Below are positions 29,713 through 39,331 of a stretch of 64,000 nt of DNA, one piece after another (position 1 is the stretch's first letter; each line of letters starts with the position of its first letter). The notes below the pieces were generated by a model, which was not told the DNA's origin, searched no databases, and saw nothing but the letters and a program-made list of their open reading frames with translations. The position numbers and the translations under genes are program-made. Source of the stretch: a virus. The DNA lies in the IMG/VR virus record IMGVR_UViG_3300029784_000200. One strand, given 5' to 3'.

Positions 29713-30277
29713 GAAGCGTGGATAAGGTATTTGTGCTTCTATGGGCCAGTTCCGGGACTTTTGCCGTAACGGCCTGCCCCACCGTTGCCGGCAGGGTCTT
29801 TAAGTGCTCACGGATAAAATACCGGGCGCCGATGTTATAGGAAGCATTCAGGTCGCAGTTATACTGCTTCCCGGATGCGAACCTGCATAAACTGTAACTC
29901 GGAAGGTCTGCTTCCTTTCCCCTGGATACCTTTCCGGAACCGTCAAAGGCAAGCTTTGACGTATTCCAGGCACATACCCTGGCAACCCGGATCAGATTCC
30001 GGTGGGCCTTCTCCATGACCATAGACTGGACGTACTTTGCCTTCCAGAGGTGGAGGCGCATCTTCCTGCTTCCCCGTTTCTTTCCGGTAAGGTCCAGACG
30101 CTCCATGACAATGCAGTCTACGTCATATCTGACTGCCATATCCACGATGAACTGCGCGGTCTTTACCACGATGTCATCGTTAATACCTTTTGCCTGTGCC
30201 CACAGTCTCGGAGTACGTCCGGCACAGAGTTTCTGTGCATGTTTGATCTTGACAGAATATGTCATACTTAATTCCAT
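29681..30277 (-). CDS. tnpB: TnpB (IS605 OrfB) C-terminal fragment: RuvC-II / degenerate Zn finger / RuvC-III only; lacks the N-terminal half
   Basis: DCIVMERLDLTG (RuvC-II-like), CAWNTSKLAFDGSG, NCDLNASYNIGARYF (RuvC-III-like). 198 aa versus ~400 expected. Own ATG at 30277 driven by an element promoter box. Confidence 0.55.
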   Translation of the reverse strand: MELSMTYSVKIKHAQKLCAGRTPRLWAQAKGINDDIVVKTAQFIVDMAVRYDVDCIVMERLDLTGKKRGSRKMRLHLWKAKYVQSMVMEKAHRNLIRVARVCAWNTSKLAFDGSGKVSRGKEADLPSYSLCRFASGKQYNCDLNASYNIGARYFIREHLKTLPATVGQAVTAKVPELAHRSTNTLSTLRDGGTGESRD

Positions 30278-30309
30278 GCCGCAGCCTTATTTCCGAAAAT
30301 GTTACGCCA

Positions 30310-30359
30310 TCAGTATGGAGTATTTTTTTAGAGATATTTTTGCGGATAACACTTTCTGG
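30310..30359 (-). promoter_or_regulatory. element promoter box - N19 - CATACTGA (copy 5), upstream of the tnpB fragment
   Basis: Reverse complement of 30337-30359 is CCAGAAAGTGTTATCCGCAAAAA; TCAGTATGG at 30310-30318. Confidence 0.55.
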
Positions 30360-30464
30360 CTAAAAAACAGGCAGAAATAAAATCTGCCCGTCCTTCCTAA
30401 TGTTTTCGAATCTGGCCGATTCATCCAGCTGCCTGCGGAGGCGGGAAAATCATCGAATGTAACG

Positions 30465-31043
30465 CTAAAAATTATCCTCTTTTCTGGTAACAGCTAAGTC
30501 TTTAATGCACCAATATTTTTTGACATCCTCAATCATTGCTTCTGTTAGCTCATTTTCTTTCAGTTTTAACACCTCGCATAACGTATTGGCTGTGATGATA
30601 ATTCCGCATTTTGTATGCGATAGTTGCCAGAATGTAACGACATTGTTGTCGCTGTTGCTCCACGCCCCGTCATCATAAAGGACTGTTGCATTTTCATCAT
30701 CGCCAATGTATCCGTAATCACAACCATGGATTAAGGCATCTACAAATTCCAAAGATGGATTGCCGCTTGTTGTTCTCAAATAATATTTCCCGCCCTGTTC
30801 CACGGGAAAGCATTGTCCGTTACTTTTTTCCGCATAATCTCCCAGTGTTGGAAAATTCGCTTTATACGTTGATATAGAAACAGATCCGTTGCATATAATG
30901 CATGTTCCCTTTTTGTCTGACATAAGGTTGAGAGCCTCATATGATTTACCAGACCCATACTCACCGATGATGATAATTTTGTTCTTAGGACGTTGATCCT
31001 TCTTTTGTTTGCCTTGTTCCGTTTTTCTTTTCCACAATCTCAT
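30465..31043 (-). CDS. small P-loop NTPase (192 aa) in a low-GC island
   Basis: Walker A GEYGSGKS; RBS AAGGAGAACAAGACATG; terminator hairpin GGCAGAAATAAAATCTGCC just downstream on the minus strand. Confidence 0.5.
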   Translation of the reverse strand: MRLWKRKTEQGKQKKDQRPKNKIIIIGEYGSGKSYEALNLMSDKKGTCIICNGSVSISTYKANFPTLGDYAEKSNGQCFPVEQGGKYYLRTTSGNPSLEFVDALIHGCDYGYIGDDENATVLYDDGAWSNSDNNVVTFWQLSHTKCGIIITANTLCEVLKLKENELTEAMIEDVKKYWCIKDLAVTRKEDNF

Positions 31044-31135
31044 GTCTTGTTCTCCTTCGTTCTCTTTTAGGGCTGCCGTTTACAGCAGCTTACACAACCA
31101 AATGATTCCGTGCATCCGCCCTTCTCATTTTTAGG

Positions 31136-31154
31136 GGTGTTCCCGGGGAACACC
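31136..31154. promoter_or_regulatory. 19-bp palindrome GGTGTTCCCGGGGAACACC (copy 5 of 7)
   Basis: About 90 nt upstream of the ATPase start at 31043, between convergent/divergent genes. Confidence 0.55.
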
Positions 31155-31163
31155 CAAATTTTC

Positions 31164-33461
31164 TCATATCGTTTCTTTCTTTTTCGGAACCTGTCGGAAC
31201 ACAAAATCCGTAGCCTCCGTTTTTTCCGCAGACAAGCAGACCTGTTTTGCGTCAGGGAACTCCACAGCATCCCGGATTTCAGATGGCATATTCCTTACCA
31301 TCATCAAAAAAGAAATAGCAAGGCTTGCCTGGCGCCTAGTCAGAGTCTCGATGCGGAAATCCATGAAAATTCCAATCTGGCGTTCCAAACTTGTGAGCAT
31401 GGATAACTGCGCATCCGTGAAGGACTGTCCTTTGCCAATCTGTACGGAAAACGGCACGCGAAGCTCGGATGCTTCCATGGCTTTTCTGAAAGCTGCCTGC
31501 TTTGCTTCTTCCATTTCCCAGATACTTTCACATACGGCTGCATACCGCGCTCGGACGGTATCCATAAACAGTCGGAACGCAGATTCATCAGCAGGACCGC
31601 AAAATGCTTCCTGTTCGTTCAGCAATCCCTCCACGGTATTCACTGCAGCAATTGCTTTTTTAGTCTGCTTCCCGCTGGAAGCCTGTACAAATGCTTCTGA
31701 CATCTTTCGTGCTTTCTTATACCGCATGGCCAAATCAATCAGAGTGGACGCATCTAACTTATTTAAGACGGACTTATCAGTTACCAGAATTCCCTGTTGT
31801 TTTAAGGTAAACTGTAATTTGCCACGTTGTGCGGATGTGGCGTCCATTCGTTTCCACGACTGCTGTGCACTCCGGCTCCAGCAATAATGATAAAAATCAG
31901 GCTGGATGAAGCAGTACATACGGATCAGCTCCAGCGCATCCGAAAGAGGCAGATGCCCGGAAACGGTCTGGGTGGATGCGTGCCCAGCACCAGGAACGGC
32001 CGGGAACCAAACACGGACCTGATCTAATACATCCGGCTCCGACATCCAGATTTCCTGCTCCCAGTCCGGTCGGAACCGATAGCGTTTGGATTCGTCCGCA
32101 AATACCTCCGCCACAAGATCCCCAAAATCCACGCCGCAGGCGGCGCTCCTTTTCTCGGAGAGCTCATGGCAGGCTGCCGTGCAGGCTTCGATTGTACGAT
32201 CATGTTCTACACCAAAGACCGTCTCACAGTCAGAAAGGAACAGATCCACATTCCGGCTTAAAAGCTCTACTCTGGCGGAACGCTCCGCATACATGCTGCT
32301 GAGCGCATCACAGAACTCTAAAAGATCCACATCATCCGTAAGCTCTGCACGTTTGGATGGAGGAAGCGCGGACGGATCGATCCCAAACAGGGTCGGGGCT
32401 GTGCATAACGAGCGACCATAACTGCTCCCGGTATCCGGAATGATGTCGAGGACCAGGCAGTATTCCTTAGTAGGATATAATCTGGTTCCGCGTCCAACCA
32501 TCTGCTGGTACAACGTATTTCTGCAGGTCGGCCGTAGGTTCATAACAGCATCGCAGACCGGAAGATCCGTGCCCTCGGTTAAGACCATGCAGTTGATAAT
32601 GCAGCGAACGGTTCCGTCCTGAAAATCAGACAGGATTTTTGCACGCTCCTCATCCGGGGTATCCCCGAATACAGCCTGCACCTGTTCCTGCTCATCTTCC
32701 GGGAGCATTTTCCGGATTGTCTCTAAAAGAACGCGGCTGATCCGTTTCGTCACACAGTAGATCAGGGTATGCCTCCCGGTGCTATGGCATTTTTCCAGAT
32801 AAGCACGGGCAGCAGTCGGGATGACGGTCACATCCTCACCAAGAAACAGCTTTTCGATTTGGGATGCGCTATAATCCCCGTTCGTCTTTTCAATATGATC
32901 CAGGGAATAGGCAGCCCGGATCTCCTCACAGCGGATGCGTGAAAGATACTGATGGGCAATGCCCCACCGGATGTCACGGGAAAAGATGATATCATCAAAC
33001 ACGCAGGACAATCCGACATTATCTCCACGCTTCGGTGTTGCTGTAAATCCGAGGATACGTTTTGCACCGGTAAAATAATCCAGGATCTTCCGGTACGTCG
33101 GCGCTGCGGCATGATGGGCCTCGTCCACAATGATCGTCTCGAATGCGTCCGGGGAGAACCGGGTAAGCCTGGAATCCTGGGAAAGAGACTGGACGCTGGC
33201 GGATACCACTTCCTCATCCGTGGCATGTTCCTCCGCTTTTTCGACACCAAAGCGGACCTTCCCTCCATAATATTTTTCCGGCTGGCGGACCAGCTCATCC
33301 CGGTGGGATAAGATAAGGACCCGCCCAACGCCGGTAAGATGCGTAAAAACTACGGTCTTCCCAAGACCGGTAGCCAGAGCGATAAGATGGCGCCCCGGGC
33401 CTGCATCCAGGATCGCCTGGATGCATTCGGTCTGGTAAGGACGCTCGGTGAAAGTAGCCAT
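31164..33461 (-). CDS. superfamily-2 DEAH-box helicase (type III restriction res-subunit-like) with a long C-terminal extension
   Basis: Start MATFTERPYQ at 33461 after AAGGAGGAATCTT. Motif I LATGLGKT; motif II IIVDEAHHAAA. Confidence 0.8.
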   Translation of the reverse strand: MATFTERPYQTECIQAILDAGPGRHLIALATGLGKTVVFTHLTGVGRVLILSHRDELVRQPEKYYGGKVRFGVEKAEEHATDEEVVSASVQSLSQDSRLTRFSPDAFETIIVDEAHHAAAPTYRKILDYFTGAKRILGFTATPKRGDNVGLSCVFDDIIFSRDIRWGIAHQYLSRIRCEEIRAAYSLDHIEKTNGDYSASQIEKLFLGEDVTVIPTAARAYLEKCHSTGRHTLIYCVTKRISRVLLETIRKMLPEDEQEQVQAVFGDTPDEERAKILSDFQDGTVRCIINCMVLTEGTDLPVCDAVMNLRPTCRNTLYQQMVGRGTRLYPTKEYCLVLDIIPDTGSSYGRSLCTAPTLFGIDPSALPPSKRAELTDDVDLLEFCDALSSMYAERSARVELLSRNVDLFLSDCETVFGVEHDRTIEACTAACHELSEKRSAACGVDFGDLVAEVFADESKRYRFRPDWEQEIWMSEPDVLDQVRVWFPAVPGAGHASTQTVSGHLPLSDALELIRMYCFIQPDFYHYCWSRSAQQSWKRMDATSAQRGKLQFTLKQQGILVTDKSVLNKLDASTLIDLAMRYKKARKMSEAFVQASSGKQTKKAIAAVNTVEGLLNEQEAFCGPADESAFRLFMDTVRARYAAVCESIWEMEEAKQAAFRKAMEASELRVPFSVQIGKGQSFTDAQLSMLTSLERQIGIFMDFRIETLTRRQASLAISFLMMVRNMPSEIRDAVEFPDAKQVCLSAEKTEATDFVFRQVPKKKETI

Positions 33462-33484
33462 AAGATTCCTCCTTTGTGTAAGTT

Positions 33485-33536
33485 CATAATACTTCCAGTA
33501 TGTCAAAGTTGCAACCAGGACATTTTTGCGGATAAC
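33485..33536 (-). promoter_or_regulatory. element promoter box - N20 - CATACTGG (copy 6), helicase promoter
   Basis: Reverse complement of 33514-33536 is CCAAAAAGTGTTATCCGCAAAAA; CCAGTATG at 33485-33492. Confidence 0.55.
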
Positions 33537-33651
33537 ACTTTTTGGCAAAAATCAGCAAAGCGTTCTGATTATGCTATCAGCTTTTCTTGTCCGCAGATAC
33601 ATACTGAAAGTGTTATAAAAATATAAGACATTGAGAAATGGAGGAAAATTG

Positions 33652-34311
33652 ATGAGCAAAAAGTGTTTTCGGGACCAAAAAGAATCAACAAAACTGATTG
33701 AATTTTGTGTGACGCGAACTCAGAAAAACAAACAGGGAAATGCTGCTGTTTTGTCAGAGGAAGAACGGTATTGCGTATATGGGACCTATTTCTGGGATGA
33801 CGCGCCAGGAGTCGGGGCCGAACTGTTTCAATATCCGGAATTTGAGGATTTGCAGGCAACCCAAGTGGTGAACGGAAAAGAAATTCCGTATGCCCCGGCA
33901 GGATTGGCGTGGAATCATAAATTCCAGGTAGATGACATGATAAACAGTGCGCTCGCAGCGGCGATCTGGGGCGCGACAGAAAGCGTATACCGGACATTAT
34001 TTCTGCATAAGGGACTGCAGGAATTTATAGATGGTTTCCGTTCAGAAGAAAACTGCGTACTGTCGGCATCCGGGCTGAAGATTTATAAATATATTTTATC
34101 GAGCGACCTGTCCATGCAGTATCAGCTGGATCTTGTGACCGATCAATATATTTATTATTCCAATGAAAACCTGGTGTATGCATTCAGTACGTCTGACCAC
34201 AATCTGCTGTCCGATAACGAATACGCGGATATCGGCTATTGGAATTCGGTTGATGCCGTTAAAAACGGCACAGAAAAGTTGTTATGGGGTGAGCTCCCGG
34301 AAAATAATTAA
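33652..34311 (+). CDS. hypothetical protein (219 aa)
   Basis: ATG at 33652 after AAATGGAGGAAAATTG; CATACTGA at 33597. Confidence 0.5.
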   Translation: MSKKCFRDQKESTKLIEFCVTRTQKNKQGNAAVLSEEERYCVYGTYFWDDAPGVGAELFQYPEFEDLQATQVVNGKEIPYAPAGLAWNHKFQVDDMINSALAAAIWGATESVYRTLFLHKGLQEFIDGFRSEENCVLSASGLKIYKYILSSDLSMQYQLDLVTDQYIYYSNENLVYAFSTSDHNLLSDNEYADIGYWNSVDAVKNGTEKLLWGELPENN

Positions 34312-34497
34312 AAATCTCAGCGAAGGCAGGAACACATCCTGCCTTTTTGTTTTGTCGAAAAATGTGGTTCATGGAGAATGCCGAAGAGGAACTCCTGGCA
34401 GACGGAACTGTGGGTTTTATCCGGAAAACAGGCAGAAATAGAGGACGCCGATTGGCATACTGACGTTGTAACAAAAAAGGATTAGGAATAGGAGGAA

Positions 34498-34908
34498 ATG
34501 AAAATGCAGGAATTTACAAACATGGAACTGAAAAACATGGTGATCGAAGACGTAACTGGATGCAGTGAGCATGCAAAAGGACGCGTTGGCCGGATCTTAC
34601 AGGCCATACGGCTCCAGGATGGCGAGGCGTTTATGATGTATCCAAAACGAACAGATGGGAAACAGCTGTTTTTTCATCTGACAGACGTGAAAGCCAGAAA
34701 AAAATGGTTTTCCAGCAAGGTGGTGATCACCAGCAGTACGGGGACCTATACCGTCCGACCGGCATCCGCACAGGAGCTGCAGTCCGTAGCAAGACAGGAA
34801 TACGCAAAGGTAATCAGCGCGTTAGAACGTGTATACGGACCGGACATCCATTACATGGCACCGGAACAGGTCTTTGCGCTGGCTGGACAGTTAAGCATCG
34901 AACAGTGA
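34498..34908 (+). CDS. hypothetical protein (136 aa)
   Basis: RBS GGAATAGGAGGAAATG. Confidence 0.5.
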   Translation: MKMQEFTNMELKNMVIEDVTGCSEHAKGRVGRILQAIRLQDGEAFMMYPKRTDGKQLFFHLTDVKARKKWFSSKVVITSSTGTYTVRPASAQELQSVARQEYAKVISALERVYGPDIHYMAPEQVFALAGQLSIEQ

Positions 34909-34922
34909 GGAGGAAGAATGCT

Positions 34923-35138
34923 GTGATCAAAATCATGGACGAGTGCTGTGACTGCGCAAACGGAGCGTATCCCTGTCTGGGAGAAAGCTGCGAAAAACGC
35001 CACGTGAAGCACCTGATCTGCGACCAGTGCAATGCAGACGCGGAGACATTATATGACGTAGAAGGGAAACAGCTTTGCAAGAGCTGTTTGGAAGCACAGT
35101 TTGGAACGGTAGAAGTTCCTGTTTTGACGATTAATTAA
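34923..35138 (+). CDS. small Cys-rich (zinc-ribbon) protein, ~71 aa
   Basis: GTG at 34923 nine nt after GAGGAGG. ...MDECCDCANGAYPCLGESCEKRHVKHLICDQCNADAETLYDVEGKQLCKSCL. The track ORF 34704-35138 extends upstream into the previous gene. Confidence 0.4.
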   Translation: MIKIMDECCDCANGAYPCLGESCEKRHVKHLICDQCNADAETLYDVEGKQLCKSCLEAQFGTVEVPVLTIN

Positions 35139-35174
35139 AAGGAGTAATATGATAGCACAGAAGGAGAAAAGCAC

Positions 35175-35792
35175 ATGGAAAATATCAAAGGAGATGCTTC
35201 ACCACGATATTTTGTGGAGCGTGCCTATACCCCAGCAACGGCTGATAAAGGCGGGACGGACTATTGTTACATCGGTCGCGCCACTGCGGCAATGGAAAAG
35301 GCGGATGACACTGACGAAGTAAGTCAGGACAAGGTTTACCGGTTTCACATCTATGATTCTTTGGAAGAGGCGGTTTGCAACGCGGGTGTACCGATTAGAC
35401 AGATTGGATTCATTGATCCGTCAGAAGAGGAGTATGCAGTGTTTAAGAAAATGCTCGAAGAGGATATCAATGGTGGTAATGAATCTGTTGAAGATTTATT
35501 ACCCGAGGAGTACACTGGTCGGTATTATGTTGAGAAGGCATTTATCCCGGCAGGTGCGGTAACACCGGAAACCAACTACTGTCGTATTGGTCGGGCTACA
35601 GTTGATATGGAAGAACATGATGGGGATAACTTTGTAGGTCATGACGATATGTATAAGTTCCATCTTTATAATTCCATAAAAGAGGCAATTCAGCATGCCG
35701 CATACCCGGAAGACATGATCGAGTTTGTTGATTTGCTTCCTGAAGAAATGGAAGAGGCCCACCGGCTTGTTCAGTTCATAATTGCTGATTAG
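35175..35792 (+). CDS. hypothetical protein with two tandem ~80-aa internal repeats
   Basis: RYFVERAYTPATADKGGTDYCYIGRATAAMEKADD...YRFHIYDSLEEAV is paralleled by RYYVEKAFIPAGAVTPETNYCRIGRATVDMEEHDG...YKFHLYNSIKEAI. Confidence 0.5.
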   Translation: MENIKGDASPRYFVERAYTPATADKGGTDYCYIGRATAAMEKADDTDEVSQDKVYRFHIYDSLEEAVCNAGVPIRQIGFIDPSEEEYAVFKKMLEEDINGGNESVEDLLPEEYTGRYYVEKAFIPAGAVTPETNYCRIGRATVDMEEHDGDNFVGHDDMYKFHLYNSIKEAIQHAAYPEDMIEFVDLLPEEMEEAHRLVQFIIAD

Positions 35793-36063
35793 AATGGTAA
35801 ATAATATGCAGGAAGTTGGAAATTACGTAAAAGTAATCAGTAAGACAATATCAGGTGGAAGAAGCAAGGAGTTAATACCAATCGGAACGATCTGCAGGAT
35901 CAAAGAAGTGTGCCGGGAAGATGACGACACACCGTATTACGGGATTACTCCGATTGACAAAGAAGATGTCCCGTTTTATTATCCGGAAAAAGAACTGGAA
36001 AAGGGACAGATTGTGTGGGTGCCGGATGTACCTTATAAGAACGCAACACAGAAAGGAAGATGA
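35782..36063 (+). CDS. hypothetical small protein (93 aa)
   Basis: Overlaps the previous gene by 11 nt; weak RBS; alternative starts at 35794 and 35806. Confidence 0.4.
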   Translation: MLIRMVNNMQEVGNYVKVISKTISGGRSKELIPIGTICRIKEVCREDDDTPYYGITPIDKEDVPFYYPEKELEKGQIVWVPDVPYKNATQKGR

Positions 36064-36102
36064 GAGACGGATACAAGAGAAGAATTTGTAGGAAAATTTG
36101 AG

Positions 36103-36531
36103 TTGGGAAACAAGGTAGACATTACGGATCCCTGTTATAACAAAGGTACGCGGTGCCGGATGACAACGGACTGCAAACCGGGAACCTGGTATGGTTATGT
36201 AACCATCAGCGATGAGGGAGAATGGGGAGACCGCGTTGCCATGCTGTGCATTTACCTGGAGGATCATAAAGACGTAGATATGGTTTTGGAACTGATCGGC
36301 AATATCGGCGTGGACGCCGGAATGGCCGGATTCTTCCGCGACAAACCGGATTACACGGACGAGGAATGGTATCAGTTCTGCAGTCAGTTCGATCATCGCA
36401 AGCGCTATACCGGGCTGGACTACGGCGTAGTATCGGAGTCTGGCTACGGGGACGGCGGTTACGATGTGTATGCAAATGCAGACCGTTCCGCATTCATGAT
36501 CGAGTTTTTATACGACGACGAAGAAGAATAA
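36103..36531 (+). CDS. hypothetical protein (142 aa)
   Basis: ORF with coding-like composition. Confidence 0.45.
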   Translation: MGNKVDITDPCYNKGTRCRMTTDCKPGTWYGYVTISDEGEWGDRVAMLCIYLEDHKDVDMVLELIGNIGVDAGMAGFFRDKPDYTDEEWYQFCSQFDHRKRYTGLDYGVVSESGYGDGGYDVYANADRSAFMIEFLYDDEEE

Positions 36532-36535
36532 GTAG

Positions 36536-36554
36536 GGTGTTCCCCGGGAACACC
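36536..36554. promoter_or_regulatory. 19-bp palindrome GGTGTTCCCCGGGAACACC (copy 6 of 7)
   Basis: Immediately after the stop of 36103-36531, about 90 nt upstream of CCATACTGT at 36645. Confidence 0.55.
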
Positions 36555-36582
36555 ACTGTAAGGAACAAAAAGCAACCTAACA

Positions 36583-36608
36583 GGCAGCAGATTCGCTGCC
36601 TGTTTTTT
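36583..36608 (+). terminator. Rho-independent terminator
   Basis: GGCAGCAGATTCGCTGCC followed by TGTTTTTT. Confidence 0.65.
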
Positions 36609-36693
36609 GCGCGAAAAAAGCTGCTTTTTCAAAAAGCTCTATCCCCATACTGTAACCGAAAACAAAGAACAGAAGGAAAGGAGTCTTAACAAA

Positions 36694-37257
36694 ATGAGTG
36701 AAAAAAGGCAAACGGAAAGTTCCAACAAGGAGGCACAGGTAGCGCCGATGTTGGAACTGGATGAAGCCATGCGCGAAATGTTTGGTATTACACGCATGGA
36801 AGAACTCTGGGGATTAAAAGCGCCGGCCCTGTATTTAAAGGTTGGTACCGGTGACATTTACACCGATACGGGAGCCTGCTGCCTGCCGTACGCCAAAACG
36901 TTCACCGGACTGCGGGACATTGCAAAACGCTATGGATTTGCCTACCGACCAGGAAACGCAAAATGCGGCATATGCAGTACCCAGGCGGAATACCTCCTTG
37001 CAAGGACGGTATTCGGTGCATGGGTCCCATGGTTCGGGATCCGTAAGTCCGGTGAGTTTGTAGCTTGCGGGGATACTGGGACACTTGAGATCCGGTTATC
37101 CATCACGAGGCCGGAACTTACCGGGAATATCCTTGCAGAGTTTATGGAAGAGGTTCGCAAACTGGCCAGGGAGTGCGGTGTCATCATTGACGCACAGACC
37201 CTGATCGCACAGGCGGATTTTTGGGAAGGAGCTAAAACACAAGTACATAGCGACTGA
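36694..37257 (+). CDS. hypothetical protein (187 aa)
   Basis: ATG at 36694 after AAAGGAGTCTTAACAAA. Confidence 0.5.
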   Translation: MSEKRQTESSNKEAQVAPMLELDEAMREMFGITRMEELWGLKAPALYLKVGTGDIYTDTGACCLPYAKTFTGLRDIAKRYGFAYRPGNAKCGICSTQAEYLLARTVFGAWVPWFGIRKSGEFVACGDTGTLEIRLSITRPELTGNILAEFMEEVRKLARECGVIIDAQTLIAQADFWEGAKTQVHSD

Positions 37258-37294
37258 AATCCAGCCGCACAGCTAACCGCAGGAAGGGACTACA

Positions 37295-37864
37295 ATGACA
37301 AATGACATAATGGTGAGAGAAACAGCAAAACTGCTTTCCTGGCTGCGTGCGTGGGATGAACAGACATACCAGCACAGTCTGCGTACCGCAGGGTACGCAT
37401 TCCAGATTGCCAGCCAGATGCATATGGCGTGGCAGGACCGCAGGGATCTTCTGGTCGCCGCCACACTCCATGACATCGGAAAACGGACCATCCCGCAAAG
37501 GGTCTTACGAAAGTCAGGAAAACTGACAGATGAGGAATACAGGCTCATCCGCGAACACGCGGAAGCCGGCTCCCGCATCTTACGGGCCCACGGATTCCCG
37601 GAGAAAATCTGTGATGCGGTCCGCGATCACCATGAACAGCCGGACGGCAATGGGTACCGCGGATGCGCACAACCGGCCAGGTACGCGGATATCATCCGCG
37701 TGGCAGATTGTCTGGACGTGATGTTCTCCGGCCGCAGTTACCAAAAGCCGAAGACCAGGGAACAGGTTGAGGAAGATTTAAAGAAAAACGCCGGAAAAAG
37801 CATGGCAAAGCCCGCTGTAGACGCGGCGCTCCGTACCTATTTTGTATCGGCTGCCCGAGCATAA
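37295..37864 (+). CDS. HD-GYP-type HD-domain phosphohydrolase (189 aa)
   Basis: LHDIGK and DHHEQPDGNGYR motifs. Confidence 0.55.
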   Translation: MTNDIMVRETAKLLSWLRAWDEQTYQHSLRTAGYAFQIASQMHMAWQDRRDLLVAATLHDIGKRTIPQRVLRKSGKLTDEEYRLIREHAEAGSRILRAHGFPEKICDAVRDHHEQPDGNGYRGCAQPARYADIIRVADCLDVMFSGRSYQKPKTREQVEEDLKKNAGKSMAKPAVDAALRTYFVSAARA

Positions 37865-37875
37865 GCGAAAAACCG

Positions 37876-37905
37876 AAAAAGACCGCCACCCGCGGTCTTT
37901 TTTTT
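37876..37905 (+). terminator. Rho-independent terminator
   Basis: AAAAAGACCGCCACCCGCGGTC followed by TTTTTTTT. Confidence 0.65.
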
Positions 37906-37909
37906 GTGA

Positions 37910-37961
37910 CCAAAAAGTGTTATCCGCAAAAAACAGATTTAGAAAACATTCTACATACTGA
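37910..37961 (+). promoter_or_regulatory. element promoter box - N21 - CATACTGA (copy 7)
   Basis: Box at 37910-37932; CATACTGA at 37954-37961. Confidence 0.6.
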
Positions 37962-37988
37962 TAACAGCCTAAAAAAGGAGGGATCCTC

Positions 37989-38687
37989 ATGGACCAACAT
38001 CAGACAAAACAGACAAAAGGATTTGATCAGGAGGCTTTTGCGTCCATCTTAAACCGGATCATCAAAAAACGCGGGATCAGGAAGCAGGACTTTGCGATAG
38101 AAGCGGGGATCCGGAATACGAGCCTTTCCAGATACCTGACCGGAAAATTATTGCAGCCGCCGCATTTCAACAACCTGGAACGGATCGCGGCAGCATCCGG
38201 CGATCCGGAGCATATTTTCCCGGAACTCCTGGACGCGACCGGCTATACATTAAAAGATTACGAAGATTATAAGAAACGAAGCGAGCAGAAACTGGAGGCC
38301 AGAAGAGACGTGGAGGACGCGGTTTGGGATACCTGCGGCAAGCTTCTCCATATGAAAGAACAGGATTTAAAGCAGGCATTCGGATGCACGAGCGTCCGGG
38401 CGGTCATGCAGAAATACCGTTACCAGGAAGCCGTCAGCATCCTGTATAACAATTACGCGAATTCCCGCATCGGACTGGTCGCCAGAGGCGAAACCCCGGA
38501 TGGAAACAGCAGATGGGGCGTGACCACATCCTGGAAGGACGGAATCTACCAGATTCTCATGGAAGACGGAAGAACAATCGGGATCCCGGAAGATAAGATC
38601 GGCTGGCATCCAAAAGAGCTGGATCTGCGGTCAGTCGGCCTCACGGAGATTGCGGAAGCCCTGCGAAAGATCAACGGGACTACCTGA
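37989..38687 (+). CDS. XRE-type HTH protein with C-terminal domain (232 aa)
   Basis: ILNRIIKKRGIRKQDFAIEAGIRNTSLSRYLTGK; RBS AAAAAAGGAGGGATCCTCATG. Confidence 0.55.
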   Translation: MDQHQTKQTKGFDQEAFASILNRIIKKRGIRKQDFAIEAGIRNTSLSRYLTGKLLQPPHFNNLERIAAASGDPEHIFPELLDATGYTLKDYEDYKKRSEQKLEARRDVEDAVWDTCGKLLHMKEQDLKQAFGCTSVRAVMQKYRYQEAVSILYNNYANSRIGLVARGETPDGNSRWGVTTSWKDGIYQILMEDGRTIGIPEDKIGWHPKELDLRSVGLTEIAEALRKINGTT

Positions 38688-38770
38688 TTTTGTCTCCTTT
38701 TCATGCCATACGCATCCACATACTGAAACCGAATCAGAAAATGGACGTACAAAAGAAAAGGAGAGAAAAG

Positions 38771-39331
38771 ATGGAAAAAACAAGATATTTTTTAGACATG
38801 GACGGGACTCTGGCAGAATGGCAGGTCGGCAAGGAAGCGGAACTGTTGTCAAAAGGGTATTTCAGGAACTTAAAACCGACGTTCTTTTTACAGCCATTCC
38901 GGGAATTTGCTAAAACGCACGCAGACCGATGTTATATCTTAAGCCACTGCCTAACGGACGGTTACGCGGCGGAGGATAAGACCGGGTGGTTGAACGAGCA
39001 TTTCCCGGAGATACCGGTCACACAGAGATTCCTGATCCCGTGCGGGGTCAGCAAGGCGGATTTCGTGATGGACCTGTTCCATTTGGACCGGATCCCGAAA
39101 AGCTGGATCCTGTTCGATGATTACTCCAGGAACCTGCATGCCTGGGACGACGCCGGCGGGACAGGATTAAAATGTTACAACGGGATCAATGGCAGCCACG
39201 GGACCTGGAAGAAGGACGGGGTCATGTGGAGCGAAGACTTAAGGATTTATTTACACGGGGTCATGTGGAACGAAGACTTAAGGGTTTATTTACACGAAAA
39301 GACAGACAAGGAGGAGCACGCACGATGTTAA
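38771..39331 (+). CDS. HAD-superfamily 5'(3')-deoxyribonucleotidase-like protein
   Basis: ATG at 38771 after AAAGGAGAGAAAAG; DxDGT motif FLDMDGTLA. Contains a 39-bp in-frame tandem duplication (GVMWSEDLRIYLH / GVMWNEDLRVYLH at ~39220-39297). Confidence 0.55.
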   Translation: MEKTRYFLDMDGTLAEWQVGKEAELLSKGYFRNLKPTFFLQPFREFAKTHADRCYILSHCLTDGYAAEDKTGWLNEHFPEIPVTQRFLIPCGVSKADFVMDLFHLDRIPKSWILFDDYSRNLHAWDDAGGTGLKCYNGINGSHGTWKKDGVMWSEDLRIYLHGVMWNEDLRVYLHEKTDKEEHARC

